Shown here: positions 38,867 through 48,099 of the stretch, in pieces | Layout of the letters: the number at the start of each line of letters is the position of its first letter | How positions within the stretch are numbered: position 1 is the stretch's first letter | DNA from: Polyangia bacterium | GTDB taxonomy: Bacteria > Myxococcota_A > Polyangia > Fen-1088 | Reading direction: 5' to 3' | DNA length: 64,000 nt | Assembly (NCBI GenBank): GCA_036267635.1 | Contig: DATAVR010000012.1 | Location: forward strand, 6,834-70,833 | Program-made: the position numbers and the translations under genes | Notes under the pieces: model-generated | The model's input: the letters and a program-made list of their open reading frames with translations, nothing else | Told to the model about the DNA's origin: nothing | Database searches by the model: none

Positions 38867-39730
38867 ATGCCGATGACGAAGTCGCTGTTTCCAAATTTGG
38901 GTCGCGGGCTCGGGTTGCGGCGCGAGCACTACCGGCAGGTGGTGGAGGATCGCCCCGCGGTCGGCTGGTTCGAGGTGATCTCGGAGAACTTCATGGTGGC
39001 CGGCGGCAACCCGCGGCGCGTGCTCGACGCTGTTCGCCGCGACTACCCGGTCGTCTTGCACGGCGTGTCGCTGTCGATCGGCTCGACCGATCCGCTCGAT
39101 GAGCGCTATCTCGCCGAGCTGGACGCGCTGGCGCGGGCGACGGAGCCGGCCTGGATCTCGGACCATCTCTGCTGGGGGACGGCGCACGGGATCAACGCGC
39201 ACGATCTGCTGCCGCTGCCGTACACCGAGGAGGCGCTGGCGCACGCCGTGCGCCGGGTGGAGAGGGTCCAGGAGCGGCTCGGACGGCGGATCTTGCTGGA
39301 GAACCCCTCGAGCTATCTGGTCCTCGACGGCGACATGGCGGAGCACGAGTTCCTCGCCGAGCTGGCCCGCCGCGCCGACTGCGGCATTCTGCTCGACGTC
39401 AACAACGTCTTCGTGAGCGCCCGCAACCACGGGTGGGATGCGCACGCCTACCTGGCGGCGCTGCCGGCCGAGCGCATCGGTCAGATTCATCTGGCGGGTC
39501 ACTCGGCCGACGGGGCGTTGCTGATCGACACGCACGACGGCACCGTCTGCGACGAGGTCTGGCAGCTCTACGCCGAGGCCATCGAGAGGTTCGGCCCGCG
39601 ATCGACGATGATCGAGTGGGACGCCGACGTTCCGGCGTTCGAGGTGCTGGAACGGGAGCTCGTCCGGGCGGCCCAGTTCGAGGCGGCGGCGCTCGGCAAG
39701 AAGCGCGAGGAGACGCGCGATGCGGCCTGA
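38867..39730 (+). CDS. bufB: DUF692 / MNIO (multinuclear non-heme iron-dependent oxidative) enzyme, MbnB/BufB-like
   Basis: Met at 38867 (or 38873). Motifs: LGLRREHY, GWFEVISENFM, VLHGVSLSIGS, WISDHLCW, LLENPSSY, ILLDVNNVFVSARNHG, QIHLAGH, typical of the UPF0276/DUF692 TIM barrel. The gene symbol is by analogy. Confidence 0.92.
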   Translation: MPMTKSLFPNLGRGLGLRREHYRQVVEDRPAVGWFEVISENFMVAGGNPRRVLDAVRRDYPVVLHGVSLSIGSTDPLDERYLAELDALARATEPAWISDHLCWGTAHGINAHDLLPLPYTEEALAHAVRRVERVQERLGRRILLENPSSYLVLDGDMAEHEFLAELARRADCGILLDVNNVFVSARNHGWDAHAYLAALPAERIGQIHLAGHSADGALLIDTHDGTVCDEVWQLYAEAIERFGPRSTMIEWDADVPAFEVLERELVRAAQFEAAALGKKREETRDAA

Positions 39731-40550
39731 GCGTCCGCTCTGTTCGCCGCGCCCACCGCTGGCGTCGGTGCAAGCGGCACTGCTGTCGTGGATCACCGGA
39801 CAGGGGCTGGGGGCGCCGGCGGTCGACCCGCCCTCGCTGATTCACTCCGACGCGCGGGCCGGCGCCGATGAGCGGTTGGCTGTCTACGCGCACATGTACC
39901 GGGCGCGGCTGGTCGAGGCGTTGGAGTCGCAATTCCCGCGGCTCGCCAGGCTGGTCGGCGCCGAGGCCTTCGCCGACCTCACGGCCGACTACGTGGCCGA
40001 CGCGCCCTCGCGGCATCCGTCGCTGCGCGAGCTCGGGCGCGCGTTGCCGCTCTGGCTGGCGGAGCGGCGCGCCGAGCGGCCGGCGCTGGCGTCGCTGGCG
40101 GCGCTCGAGTGGGCGCGCGTCGACCTCTACGATCAGGCCGACGAGGCGGCGATGACCTTGGAGACGCCCCGCGCCTGGCCGCCGGAACGGCTCGGCGAGC
40201 TTCCGCTCAGGTTGATCGCCGCGCATCGATTCGTGGAGGTCGCTGGCGGGACCGAGGCGCTCTGGGACGCGCTCTCGTCCGACGCGACCGAGGTGCCCTC
40301 CGCTCTGGTCGCTTCGAGCGCTCTCCGCCCGAGCGCGCCGCTGCTGGTCTGGCGCCAGGAGATCGCCGTCTACCACCGCGCGCTCGCGCCGGATGAATGC
40401 GCCGCGCTCGCTGCGCTGGCGGACGGCAGCTGCTTCGGCGTCATCTGTGAGCGCCTGGCGGCCGTTCACGGCGACGAGCTCGCCGCGGGGCGGGCGTTCG
40501 GCTGGCTCTCGACCTGGCTCACCGACGGCCTCCTCGTCCAACCCGCCTGA
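39720..40550 (+). CDS. bufC: DUF2063 domain protein (MNIO partner protein, BufC-like)
   Basis: The start overlaps the DUF692 stop by 11 nt. ERLAVYAHMYRARLVEALESQFPRLARLVGAEAFADLTADYVADAPSRHPSLRELGRALPLWL matches the DUF2063 N-terminal pattern (vYrn...L...fP...G...F...yi...PS...L...G..fp.fL). Confidence 0.85.
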   Translation: MRPERPLCSPRPPLASVQAALLSWITGQGLGAPAVDPPSLIHSDARAGADERLAVYAHMYRARLVEALESQFPRLARLVGAEAFADLTADYVADAPSRHPSLRELGRALPLWLAERRAERPALASLAALEWARVDLYDQADEAAMTLETPRAWPPERLGELPLRLIAAHRFVEVAGGTEALWDALSSDATEVPSALVASSALRPSAPLLVWRQEIAVYHRALAPDECAALAALADGSCFGVICERLAAVHGDELAAGRAFGWLSTWLTDGLLVQPA

Positions 40551-40659
40551 GGGTCGCCGCCTGCGCCGGTGGCCCGCCACCGGCCAAATGCCGTACAATC
40601 CGACCATCACGGCCTCTGTCGGCGACATTGGTTTGGGGGGGCGGAGCCGTCGTCGGATC

Positions 40660-43600
40660 ATGGCGCGACAGCTGGCTGCGTTGTTGACTCTTTGCCTGGC
40701 GCTGCGGACGTCGGGCGCGCGCGCTGAGGACCCTTTCAGCAGCAGCCCGCCAAAAGCGCGGCCGCCCTGGGAGACGCGGTTCATGTCCGCGCCCCCGACG
40801 GAGGTGCTGGCCGCCGCGGCCGCCGTGAAGACACCGGCCGACACGCCGGTGGTGATCCTGTTCGAAGAGATGGTGCACAGCTACGAGGACGCGCACCGCA
40901 GCCACCACCGCTACCGCCAGGTCTACAAGATCCTCAGCCAGCACGGGATCGAGGGGTGGGATCGGCTCAGCAGCGGTTGGGCCCCCTGGTACGAGGACAA
41001 GCCGGCGCTGCGCGCGCGGGTGGTGGTGCCGGGGGGACGGACGTTCGGTCTCGATCCAAAGACGATCGAGACGAGCGGCCTGTCGGGCGGCGACGAGGCG
41101 GTGTTCAGCGATCGGCAGATGGTGCGGGCGCCGATCCCCGGCGTGGCGGTGGGCGCTGTCGTCGAGGTGGAGATCGAATGGACCGAGCGCGTGCCCCTGT
41201 TCGAGGCGGGGACGACGCACCGGTTCTTCTTCGGCGGGTCGGCGCCGGTCGAAAAGGCGCGGCTCCAGATCGAGTACCCGACCGAGCTGCACGTCGAGCA
41301 CGTCATTCGGAAGGTCACGCCGCTCACCCAGTCCCTGACCATGACCGGCAACCGGACCACCGAGTCCTACGAGAGCGGCCCGTACGCGGCGCTCCCCGAG
41401 GAGGTCCCCGGGCAACCGGCCGAGACGACGCTCCCCGCGTACGTCGCCTACACCACCGGCAGATCTTGGGCGACAGTGGCGGCGGCCTACGCCGACGTCG
41501 TCGACCGTCAGATCGGCAAGCCGGATCTGGCGAGCTACGTGCGCGACGCCAAGAAGGGGCTCGATCTCAAGCGCGATCGCGAGGCGATCATCGGGCGCCT
41601 GGTGGCGCGGCTCGGCGCCGACGTGAAGTACACCGGCATCGAGTTCGGCGAGGCGTCGATCGTTCCGCGCACGCCGGCGGAGGTGTTCGAGCGGCGTTAC
41701 GGCGACTGCAAGGACAAGGCGCTCCTGCTGACGGCGCTGTTGCGCTCCGCCGGCATCGCCGCCGAGGTGGCGTTGCTCGACTCGGGCTTCGGCCCCGACG
41801 TCGACCCCGACCTCCCCGGGTTCGGCAGCTTCGACCACGCGATCGTCTATCTGCCGGGGCCGAAGCCGCTCTGGATCGACGCCACCGATCAGTTTTCAGC
41901 GATCGGCGAGCTGCCGCTCGGAGATCAGGGGCGGCTGGCGCTGGTGGCGGCCCGCGGGACCAAGGCGCTGCTCCGCACGCCCGAGGCTCCGTCGACGGTC
42001 AACCTGACCCGCGAGGATCGCACCATCAGCGTCGCCGAGGACGGCAAGGTGCGCGTGGTCGAGATCTCGGCTCTGACCGGCTCGGCGGGCCACGCCATCC
42101 GCGCCGACTACAGCCGCGCCGAGAAGAAGCAGATCGAGGAGCGTCTCGCCGGCTACCTGCGGTCGACCTACCACGCCAAGACGCTCGGGCGCTGGGAGAC
42201 CTCGGACTTCTACGACGTGAGCCGGCCGCTGCGGATCGACCTCGAGACCTCGGACGCCGGCATCGGATCGATCAGCGACGACGAGGTGACCGTGATGTTG
42301 CCGCTCGCCGAGCTGTTCGAGCGGCTGCCCGACTTCCTGCGCAACCCCGACGGCGGCGAGCACAAGCGCGCCGGCGGGGCGGCGACGCGCACGCTCGACT
42401 ACGTCTACGGCGACCCGCACGTGCACGAGCTGCGCTACAAGGTGGCGGCGCCGCACGGCTTCGCCCCCGACCCGCCCCCCGGCGAAGAGACGGTGACGCT
42501 GGGCCCGGCGCGCTACACGGCCGCCTATCGGATCGAGCGCGACGGCACCCTGAGCGCGACGTTTCGCTTCGATTCGGGCAAGCCGCGCTTCTCGCCCGCC
42601 GAGCTGGCGGCGTTCCTGGCGGCGATGAAGACGCTGGGCGATCGCCATCTCCCCTCGGTGACCTTTCATCAGACCGGCGAGGCCGAGCTGACGGCCGGGC
42701 GGGTCCGCGAGGCGCTGGCGGAGTTCCGGCGCCTCGACGCGCAGCACCCCCACGAAGCGCTGCACGCCTGTCAGATCGCACGCGCCTATCTCGACGCGGG
42801 GCTGGGCGCGGCCGCGCGCGAGCAGGCGCGGCGTGCGGTGGCGCTCGACCCCAAGTCGTCGCGCGCCGAGCGGACGCTGGGCTGGGTGCTGGAGCACGAC
42901 CTCGTCGGTCGGCGGCTCAAGCCGGGGGCCGATCCGAAGGGGGCCGAGGCGGCCTACCGCAAGGCGATGGCGCTCGACACCGACGACCAGGTGGCGCGCG
43001 CCTCGCTGGTGATCCTGCTCGAGCACGACGCCGAAGGGGAGCAGACCTTTCGGCCGGCGCCCGATCGCCTGAGCGAGGTGCTGCAACTTCACCGCGAGCT
43101 GCGCAAGGCCGAGCGCACCGGCCTCCTCGTCAATCAGCTGCTCGATCTGCTTTACGCCGAGCGGTTCAAGGAGATCCTGGCCGACAAGGAGGCGATCGCC
43201 GGCAATGCCACCGCGCAAGGGATCTACGTCGCGGCGGTCGGAGCGACGGCGGGACCGGCGGAGGCGGCCAAGAGCGCGCGGGCGCTCATCTCCGATCCCG
43301 ATCAGGCGCACGAGGCGATGCGGCTCGCGGGGGCGGAGCTGATGGCGCTGCGTCGCTACAAGCCGGCGTCGGCGCTGCTCGAAGAGGCGGCGCAGCGGCA
43401 TGCCAGCGCCGAGCCGATGCGGCAGCTCGCCGATCGCTTGCGCACGACGCGGCGGCGCGAGGAGGTGAAGCTCGACGATCGGACGCCCTCGGGCGCGGCG
43501 CGGCTCTTCTTCTCCACCTTTTTCAGCCTGGCGGCGAGCCCCGATGCAGCGGCCTTCGCGCGCCTGAAGGCGGTCATCACGCCCTCGTTCGCCGCCAGCA

Positions 43601-44826
43601 TCGACAGCGAGAACGCGCAGGCGCTCCGTCGAATGATCAAGGCGATGATCCGGAGCAACGCCGACCTCCGGGCCATTCCGGTGTCGGTGATCGCCGACGT
43701 GCTCGCTTCGGCGGAGGTGACCGTCGAGGGGGAGCCGGGCGGCGTGCAGCGGGTGTTCTGGCCTGGCGCCGCCGGGGCGGGGGATGCCGGCGCCGCGCTG
43801 GTGCTGGCCGAGGGGGGACACTTTCGGGTGCTCGGGTTGACCAACGATCTGTCGCCGCTCGGAGGCGAGGCGCTGCGGGCGGCCGGCCAGGGCGACCTCG
43901 AGCGCGCGCGCCGGCTGCTCGACCACGCGGCCAGCGACGCCAGCCTGGGGACAGCCGACGAGCCGCTCTCGGCGTCGCCGCTGGTGGCGCTCTGGACGAA
44001 GGGGGTGGGGGCGCCTGCCCGCGAGGTGCGGATCGCCGCCGCGGCGCTGGCGGCGACCGAGCCGAAGCCGACCGAGGCGATCGCGCCGCTCCTCGACTGC
44101 CGCGCGCACCCGGCCAACGACCGCGCGGCGGCCGCCTGCGCCGTGGCGCTGCTGACGGTCTACGACAAGCTCGACAAGCTCGACGAGGGGGCGGCGCTGG
44201 CCGCGGAGCTGGTCAAGTTGTTCCCTCGATCGAAGCGCGCCTTCCTGGAACAGATCTCGCTGATGGCGCGGGCGCATCGCCAGGCGGAGGTGCGCGCGTT
44301 GCTCGAGGCGCGCGTGGCCCGCGATCCGAGCGATCACCAGGTCGAGAGCGCGCTCGCCAACCAGCTGCTCGAGATGGGGGACTTCGCCCATGGCGAGAAG
44401 GCGCTCGACGATCTGGCCAAGGCCGGCGCGCTGCCGTCGATGGTCTACAACCTCCGGGCCTGGCTGCGCCTCCTGCGCGGGCAGCTCGACAATGAGACGC
44501 TGGCGGCCGCCCAGCGCGCGGTCGAATCGAACCAGCGCCATGACGCCGCCATCCTGCACACCCTGGCCTCCGCTGAGGCCGAGCTCGGCCGCCCCGAGGA
44601 GGCCTACCACACGCTGCTCGAGGAGATGGATCGGCGCGGCGACGACGGGAACATCAGCGGCCCCGAGTGGTTCGTCATCGGACGGATCGCCGAGTGTTAC
44701 GGCGCGCTCGACGCGGCCCGCGAGGCCTACGCCAAGGTGGCGCGTCCCAAGGAACACTCGCCGCTCGACACCTGGAACCTGGCCGATCGCCGCCTGCGCG
44801 TGCTCGGCGCGGCACCGGCGCACTGA
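40660..44826 (+). CDS. Giant secreted DUF3857-like + transglutaminase-core + TPR-repeat protein (1388 aa)
   Basis: The ATG at 40660 gives MARQLAALLTLCLALRTSGARA (signal peptide). Transglutaminase-like triad context: RYGDCKDKALLLTALLRSAGI, FDHAIVYL, WIDATD. The C-terminal ~700 aa are helical TPR-like repeats. The 89 codons upstream in track ORF 40393..44826 overlap the DUF2063 gene out of frame. Confidence 0.88.
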   Translation: MARQLAALLTLCLALRTSGARAEDPFSSSPPKARPPWETRFMSAPPTEVLAAAAAVKTPADTPVVILFEEMVHSYEDAHRSHHRYRQVYKILSQHGIEGWDRLSSGWAPWYEDKPALRARVVVPGGRTFGLDPKTIETSGLSGGDEAVFSDRQMVRAPIPGVAVGAVVEVEIEWTERVPLFEAGTTHRFFFGGSAPVEKARLQIEYPTELHVEHVIRKVTPLTQSLTMTGNRTTESYESGPYAALPEEVPGQPAETTLPAYVAYTTGRSWATVAAAYADVVDRQIGKPDLASYVRDAKKGLDLKRDREAIIGRLVARLGADVKYTGIEFGEASIVPRTPAEVFERRYGDCKDKALLLTALLRSAGIAAEVALLDSGFGPDVDPDLPGFGSFDHAIVYLPGPKPLWIDATDQFSAIGELPLGDQGRLALVAARGTKALLRTPEAPSTVNLTREDRTISVAEDGKVRVVEISALTGSAGHAIRADYSRAEKKQIEERLAGYLRSTYHAKTLGRWETSDFYDVSRPLRIDLETSDAGIGSISDDEVTVMLPLAELFERLPDFLRNPDGGEHKRAGGAATRTLDYVYGDPHVHELRYKVAAPHGFAPDPPPGEETVTLGPARYTAAYRIERDGTLSATFRFDSGKPRFSPAELAAFLAAMKTLGDRHLPSVTFHQTGEAELTAGRVREALAEFRRLDAQHPHEALHACQIARAYLDAGLGAAAREQARRAVALDPKSSRAERTLGWVLEHDLVGRRLKPGADPKGAEAAYRKAMALDTDDQVARASLVILLEHDAEGEQTFRPAPDRLSEVLQLHRELRKAERTGLLVNQLLDLLYAERFKEILADKEAIAGNATAQGIYVAAVGATAGPAEAAKSARALISDPDQAHEAMRLAGAELMALRRYKPASALLEEAAQRHASAEPMRQLADRLRTTRRREEVKLDDRTPSGAARLFFSTFFSLAASPDAAAFARLKAVITPSFAASIDSENAQALRRMIKAMIRSNADLRAIPVSVIADVLASAEVTVEGEPGGVQRVFWPGAAGAGDAGAALVLAEGGHFRVLGLTNDLSPLGGEALRAAGQGDLERARRLLDHAASDASLGTADEPLSASPLVALWTKGVGAPAREVRIAAAALAATEPKPTEAIAPLLDCRAHPANDRAAAACAVALLTVYDKLDKLDEGAALAAELVKLFPRSKRAFLEQISLMARAHRQAEVRALLEARVARDPSDHQVESALANQLLEMGDFAHGEKALDDLAKAGALPSMVYNLRAWLRLLRGQLDNETLAAAQRAVESNQRHDAAILHTLASAEAELGRPEEAYHTLLEEMDRRGDDGNISGPEWFVIGRIAECYGALDAAREAYAKVARPKEHSPLDTWNLADRRLRVLGAAPAH

Positions 44827-44861
44827 CCGGGTGGCGCGGCGGGTCGCCGATCGGCGGTCGG

Positions 44862-45193
44862 CTACAGGGCCAGCGCTGGCGCGGGCGGCTGCAGCGGCGT
44901 CCCGCCTCCACCGACGGTGTCGGCCGCGTTGTTGTCGACGACGGCCAGCGCGCCGAAGAGGCGATCCATGTCGCGTGCCCAGGGGGTCGCCTTCGACGAT
45001 GGGGCCATGGTGAACCCCCAGTCGCTCTGAAACTGCGCGGTGAAGTCGCCGTCCGGGCCGAGCTCGACGCAGAGGGCGTAGACCGCCCAGGCGATGTCGT
45101 CGACCACGTAGCCGCCGTAGTTCTGCAGCATGAAGGCGCTGCCACCGCCGCAGGAGCGCAGGTCATGAGGAGAGCGACTGCCACCGCGCGCAT
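44862..45193 (-). pseudogene. Possible frameshifted small secreted-protein gene
   Basis: The signal-peptide-like MRAVAVALLMTCAPAAVAAPS is encoded from 45193 in one frame. The protein-like body MLQNYGGYVVDDIAWAVYALCVELGPDGDF... (44862..45131) is in another frame and has no upstream in-frame start. The frame switch would fall near 45131-45140. Confidence 0.35.
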
Positions 45194-45196
45194 GAG

Positions 45197-45690
45197 CTAT
45201 CGCTGGATCTCCACCAGCAGCACCCAGGAGTTGAGGATGGCGGCGGCGAACGAGAGCAACGTCCCCGGCACCAGCCAGTAGAGGCCGCCGCCGGCGCCCG
45301 CCAGCATCGACAGGCCGGCTACCAGCAGCGGGAGCGTGGCGATTTGATGGGTGAGCGCGCGGGTCACGATCCAGGAGCGCCGCGTGTCGGGGGCGCCGGC
45401 GGCGCGGCGCTGAATCGCCAGCGGCCAGGCCCAGACGGCGACCCCCACCACGAAGATCTCCGCGCCGAACGCCACCCGCGGCTGCCCGGGGATGAGCCCC
45501 AGGGACGACACCACCAGCACGCCCACCAACATGATCAGCGATTACCGGCGCGGCCGGGGAGTTGGGGGAACGCCAGCACCTTGCTGAGGTTGATCGAGAC
45601 CGCCACGAACAGGAGGCCGGTCAGCGCCGCCGCCGCGCCCACCTCGGCGACGAAAAAGCTCTCCCAGCCCGCCGTCGGATACGCAGTCAT
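45197..45690 (-). pseudogene. Membrane protein gene split into two frames (52-aa + 111-aa pieces)
   Basis: My translation from the ATG at 45690 is MTAYPTAGWESFFVAEVGAAAALTGLLFVAVSINLSKVLAFPQLPGRAGNR-stop at 45535. Three nt later the ATG at 45532 opens MLVGVLVVSSLGLIPG... (three more TM helices) in a different frame. Together they would make one ~160-aa four-TM protein. Confidence 0.45.
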
Positions 45691-45731
45691 TCTGGCCAGC
45701 CTACCACCGGCATAAAGTGGGTGAGCACGAG

Positions 45732-46451
45732 ATGAAGCTGCACTTCAAGGACGACCTCTATGACGCTCAGCTGCTGCGCGCGGTCGGCCACGCGACCTAT
45801 CGCGGGGCGGAGATCGGCGAATGTCCGGCGACGGTCGATCGGGTGAAGGAGCTCGACGCCGATGGTTGGTACGACGCCTGGATGAAGACTGCCGACCGCA
45901 TTCGTGCGATCGCCGACGAGAGCCTCGCCGCCGCGCGCACGGTCTCGGCACGTCGCGAAGGTCGACGACCGAAGGCGTCCTCTCGTGATCCTCGTCGGTG
46001 GATACGACAGCACCATGGAGGAGTCGTACTTCTTCAACGTGGGGAGCCCGAACGGATTCAAGCGCGCCCTCCTGCGCAGGATCTTGAGGTCGGTGCTCGC
46101 CTATCCCAGCAAGGGGTGGGCGATGCGCCACGCGCTGCTGGTCCACGACGTTCCGACCGTCGAGGCCTATTTCGAGCTCATGCGGTCCTACACGCTAGAG
46201 GGCTTCATCGAACGCATTGCTTGCCCGACCCTCGTCTGCGACGCCGAGGACGACGACGTCGCCGCGTTCGCCAGGACCACGTTCGACCGGCTCGAAGGCC
46301 CAAGACCTATCTGCGGTTCCTGGGCAGCGATGGGGCTGGGGCCCACTGCGAGAGGGGTGGCCGCGCGCTCTTCCACGAAAAGGTCTTCGCCTGGCTGGCG
46401 GGCCTCGGCGGCGCCCTGGCTGGGGCGGCCGCCCCGATCTCCGCCGCCTAA
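45732..46451 (+). pseudogene. Decayed alpha/beta-hydrolase gene (two frame switches and internal deletions)
   Basis: Frame A: MKLHFKDDLYDAQLLRAVGHATYRGAEIGECPATVDRVKELDADGWYDAWMKTADRIRAIADESLAAARTVSAR. Sense then continues only in frame B (RPLVILVGGYDSTMEESYFF...ACPTLVCDAEDDDV, about 45960-46300). It returns to frame A for the C-terminus (KTYLRFLGSDGAGAHCERGGRALFHEKVFAWL). The nucleophile-elbow region expected between these blocks is absent. Confidence 0.6.
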
Positions 46452-46473
46452 ATCGCGCAGCCGAGCGTGCTCG

Positions 46474-48099
46474 TCAGAGCCGGCTGGCGTAGGCCGTCTG
46501 CATCGGCGGGTAGAGCGCCAGGTCGGGCAGAGCGTTGTAGTTGTTGCCCGAGCGCGACCAGAGCGCGTGCGTCGTCACCGTCGACGGATCGGACGTCTGC
46601 TTGGCGTTCCAGGTCCCCTGGGTGGTCGGCTCCCAGTCGAAGGTGCCGAGCCCCTGGTTGTTCGGCAGCCCGAACAGGACGTCGTTGATCTCGCGCTCCA
46701 TCGGGCCGTACTCGGCGGCAAAGAAGCGAATGTTCGGGTAGGCGGTCACGAGTTGCGAGAACGTCGACTGCCACATGCTCTTCGTGTTCGCCGTGCTGGA
46801 GGTGTCCCCCTGGTACGACTGGTAGCAGGACTCGCCGAAGGCGTCCGGCGTGGCGCCCTGCTTGATGGCGTTGTCGAGCCAGCTCTTGGTCGTCGAGTAG
46901 GCGTTCCCGCGATCGATGTGGAACGAGATGAGGATGCCCGTGTCGACCGCCTTGACGCCCGCGATGCCGGCCTTGAGCAGCATGCCCAGGTTCGGCCAGC
47001 CGGCCGTGCTGGCCGCGCCGGTGACCTTGGGGGTCATGCCGCTGATCGGTTGCCCGCCGGAGTCGCAGATGTGCAGGTCCATCCCGGGCGTCGTCTCGTT
47101 GCCGATCTGCACCATGTCGGGGCGGGCGCCGCCGGCGACGAGCGCGCTGATCGAGCTCTGCACGTAGCTCTGCAGCGCGCCGGCCAGATCGGTGATGTTG
47201 GTGTACCCCTGCCAGGCGACGGGCATGCACTGCTTGCCCGGGTCGGCCCAGTTGTCGCTCATGTGGAAGTCGACCAGCAGGCCCATTCCGGCGGCTTTCA
47301 CCAGCTTGCCGAAGGCAACGGTGTGCGTGATGTCGTCGTAGCCGTTCGTCCTGTCGTAGCCGTCGGAGGCCTTCGGGTCGACGAACGTCCGCAGGCGCAC
47401 GAAGTTCAGGCCGTTCGCCTTCATGGCCGTCAGCAAGTTGTTGATGGCGGTCGTCCCGGCCGTCTCTTGGTCGGTGACGTCGGCGCCGAAGAAGTAGCTG
47501 GGCAACGTGCTGCTGCTGCCGCCGGTTCCGGTGCCGCCGGTTCCGGTGCCGCCGGTTCCGGTCGTGCCACCCTTCGCGCCCCCGGTGCCCGTGGCACCGC
47601 CAGTCCCGGTCGTACCGCCCGTGGCGCCGCCAGTCCCGGTCGTACCGCCAGTCGCGCCGCCAGTCCCGGTCGTGCCGCCTTTGGCGCCGCCGGTTCCGGT
47701 CGTGCCGCCGGTTCCGGTGCCGCCGGTTCCGGTCGTGCCGCCTTTGGCGCCACCCGTTCCGGTCGCGCCACCGGTCCCGCTTGCTCCGCCGGTCGCCGTC
47801 GCGCCACCGGTTCCGGTCGCGCCCCCGGTTCCGGTCGCGCCACCGGTCCCGGTCGCGCCCCCGGTTGCCGTGGTTCCACCGGTTCCCGTGGCGCCGCCCG
47901 TTCCGGTCACCGCGCCGCCGGTTCCCGACCCGCCGCTTCCACTGCCGCCCGATCCCCCTTCACCGGTCGCGCCGCCGGTCGCTGTCGACCCGCCGGTCGC
48001 CGAGCTGCCACCTTCACCGTCGTCGGTGTTGCCGCTCTGACTGTTGGCGCAACCCAAGAGGGTGGCCGCAAACAAGAGGAGATAAGCGTGCTTGGACAT
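46474..48099 (-). CDS. Glycoside hydrolase family 53 (arabinogalactan endo-beta-1,4-galactanase) lipoprotein with a ~180-aa Gly/Thr linker
   Basis: Lipobox ATLLGCAN. Motifs: FFGADVTDQE, GLNFVRLRTFVDP, VDFHMSDNWADPGKQ, MVQIGNETTPG, RFFAAEYGP. Confidence 0.92.
   Translation of the reverse strand: MSKHAYLLLFAATLLGCANSQSGNTDDGEGGSSATGGSTATGGATGEGGSGGSGSGGSGTGGAVTGTGGATGTGGTTATGGATGTGGATGTGGATGTGGATATGGASGTGGATGTGGAKGGTTGTGGTGTGGTTGTGGAKGGTTGTGGATGGTTGTGGATGGTTGTGGATGTGGAKGGTTGTGGTGTGGTGTGGSSSTLPSYFFGADVTDQETAGTTAINNLLTAMKANGLNFVRLRTFVDPKASDGYDRTNGYDDITHTVAFGKLVKAAGMGLLVDFHMSDNWADPGKQCMPVAWQGYTNITDLAGALQSYVQSSISALVAGGARPDMVQIGNETTPGMDLHICDSGGQPISGMTPKVTGAASTAGWPNLGMLLKAGIAGVKAVDTGILISFHIDRGNAYSTTKSWLDNAIKQGATPDAFGESCYQSYQGDTSSTANTKSMWQSTFSQLVTAYPNIRFFAAEYGPMEREINDVLFGLPNNQGLGTFDWEPTTQGTWNAKQTSDPSTVTTHALWSRSGNNYNALPDLALYPPMQTAYASRL
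47499..48036 (-). repeat. Coding Gly/Thr linker repeat
   Basis: TGTGGATGTGG/GGTTGTGG units inside CDS 46474..48099. The complement is the Pro/Val-rich shadow ORF 47507..48040. Confidence 0.85.

Noticed and set aside
41896-44823. 975-aa minus-strand ORF (and the 1179-aa plus-strand ORF 40956..44495)
   Set aside because: Both are antisense or out of frame to the transglutaminase/TPR gene. Both translations are Arg/Gly/Pro-rich low-complexity sequence, and only frame 40660..44826 gives domain-like sequence.
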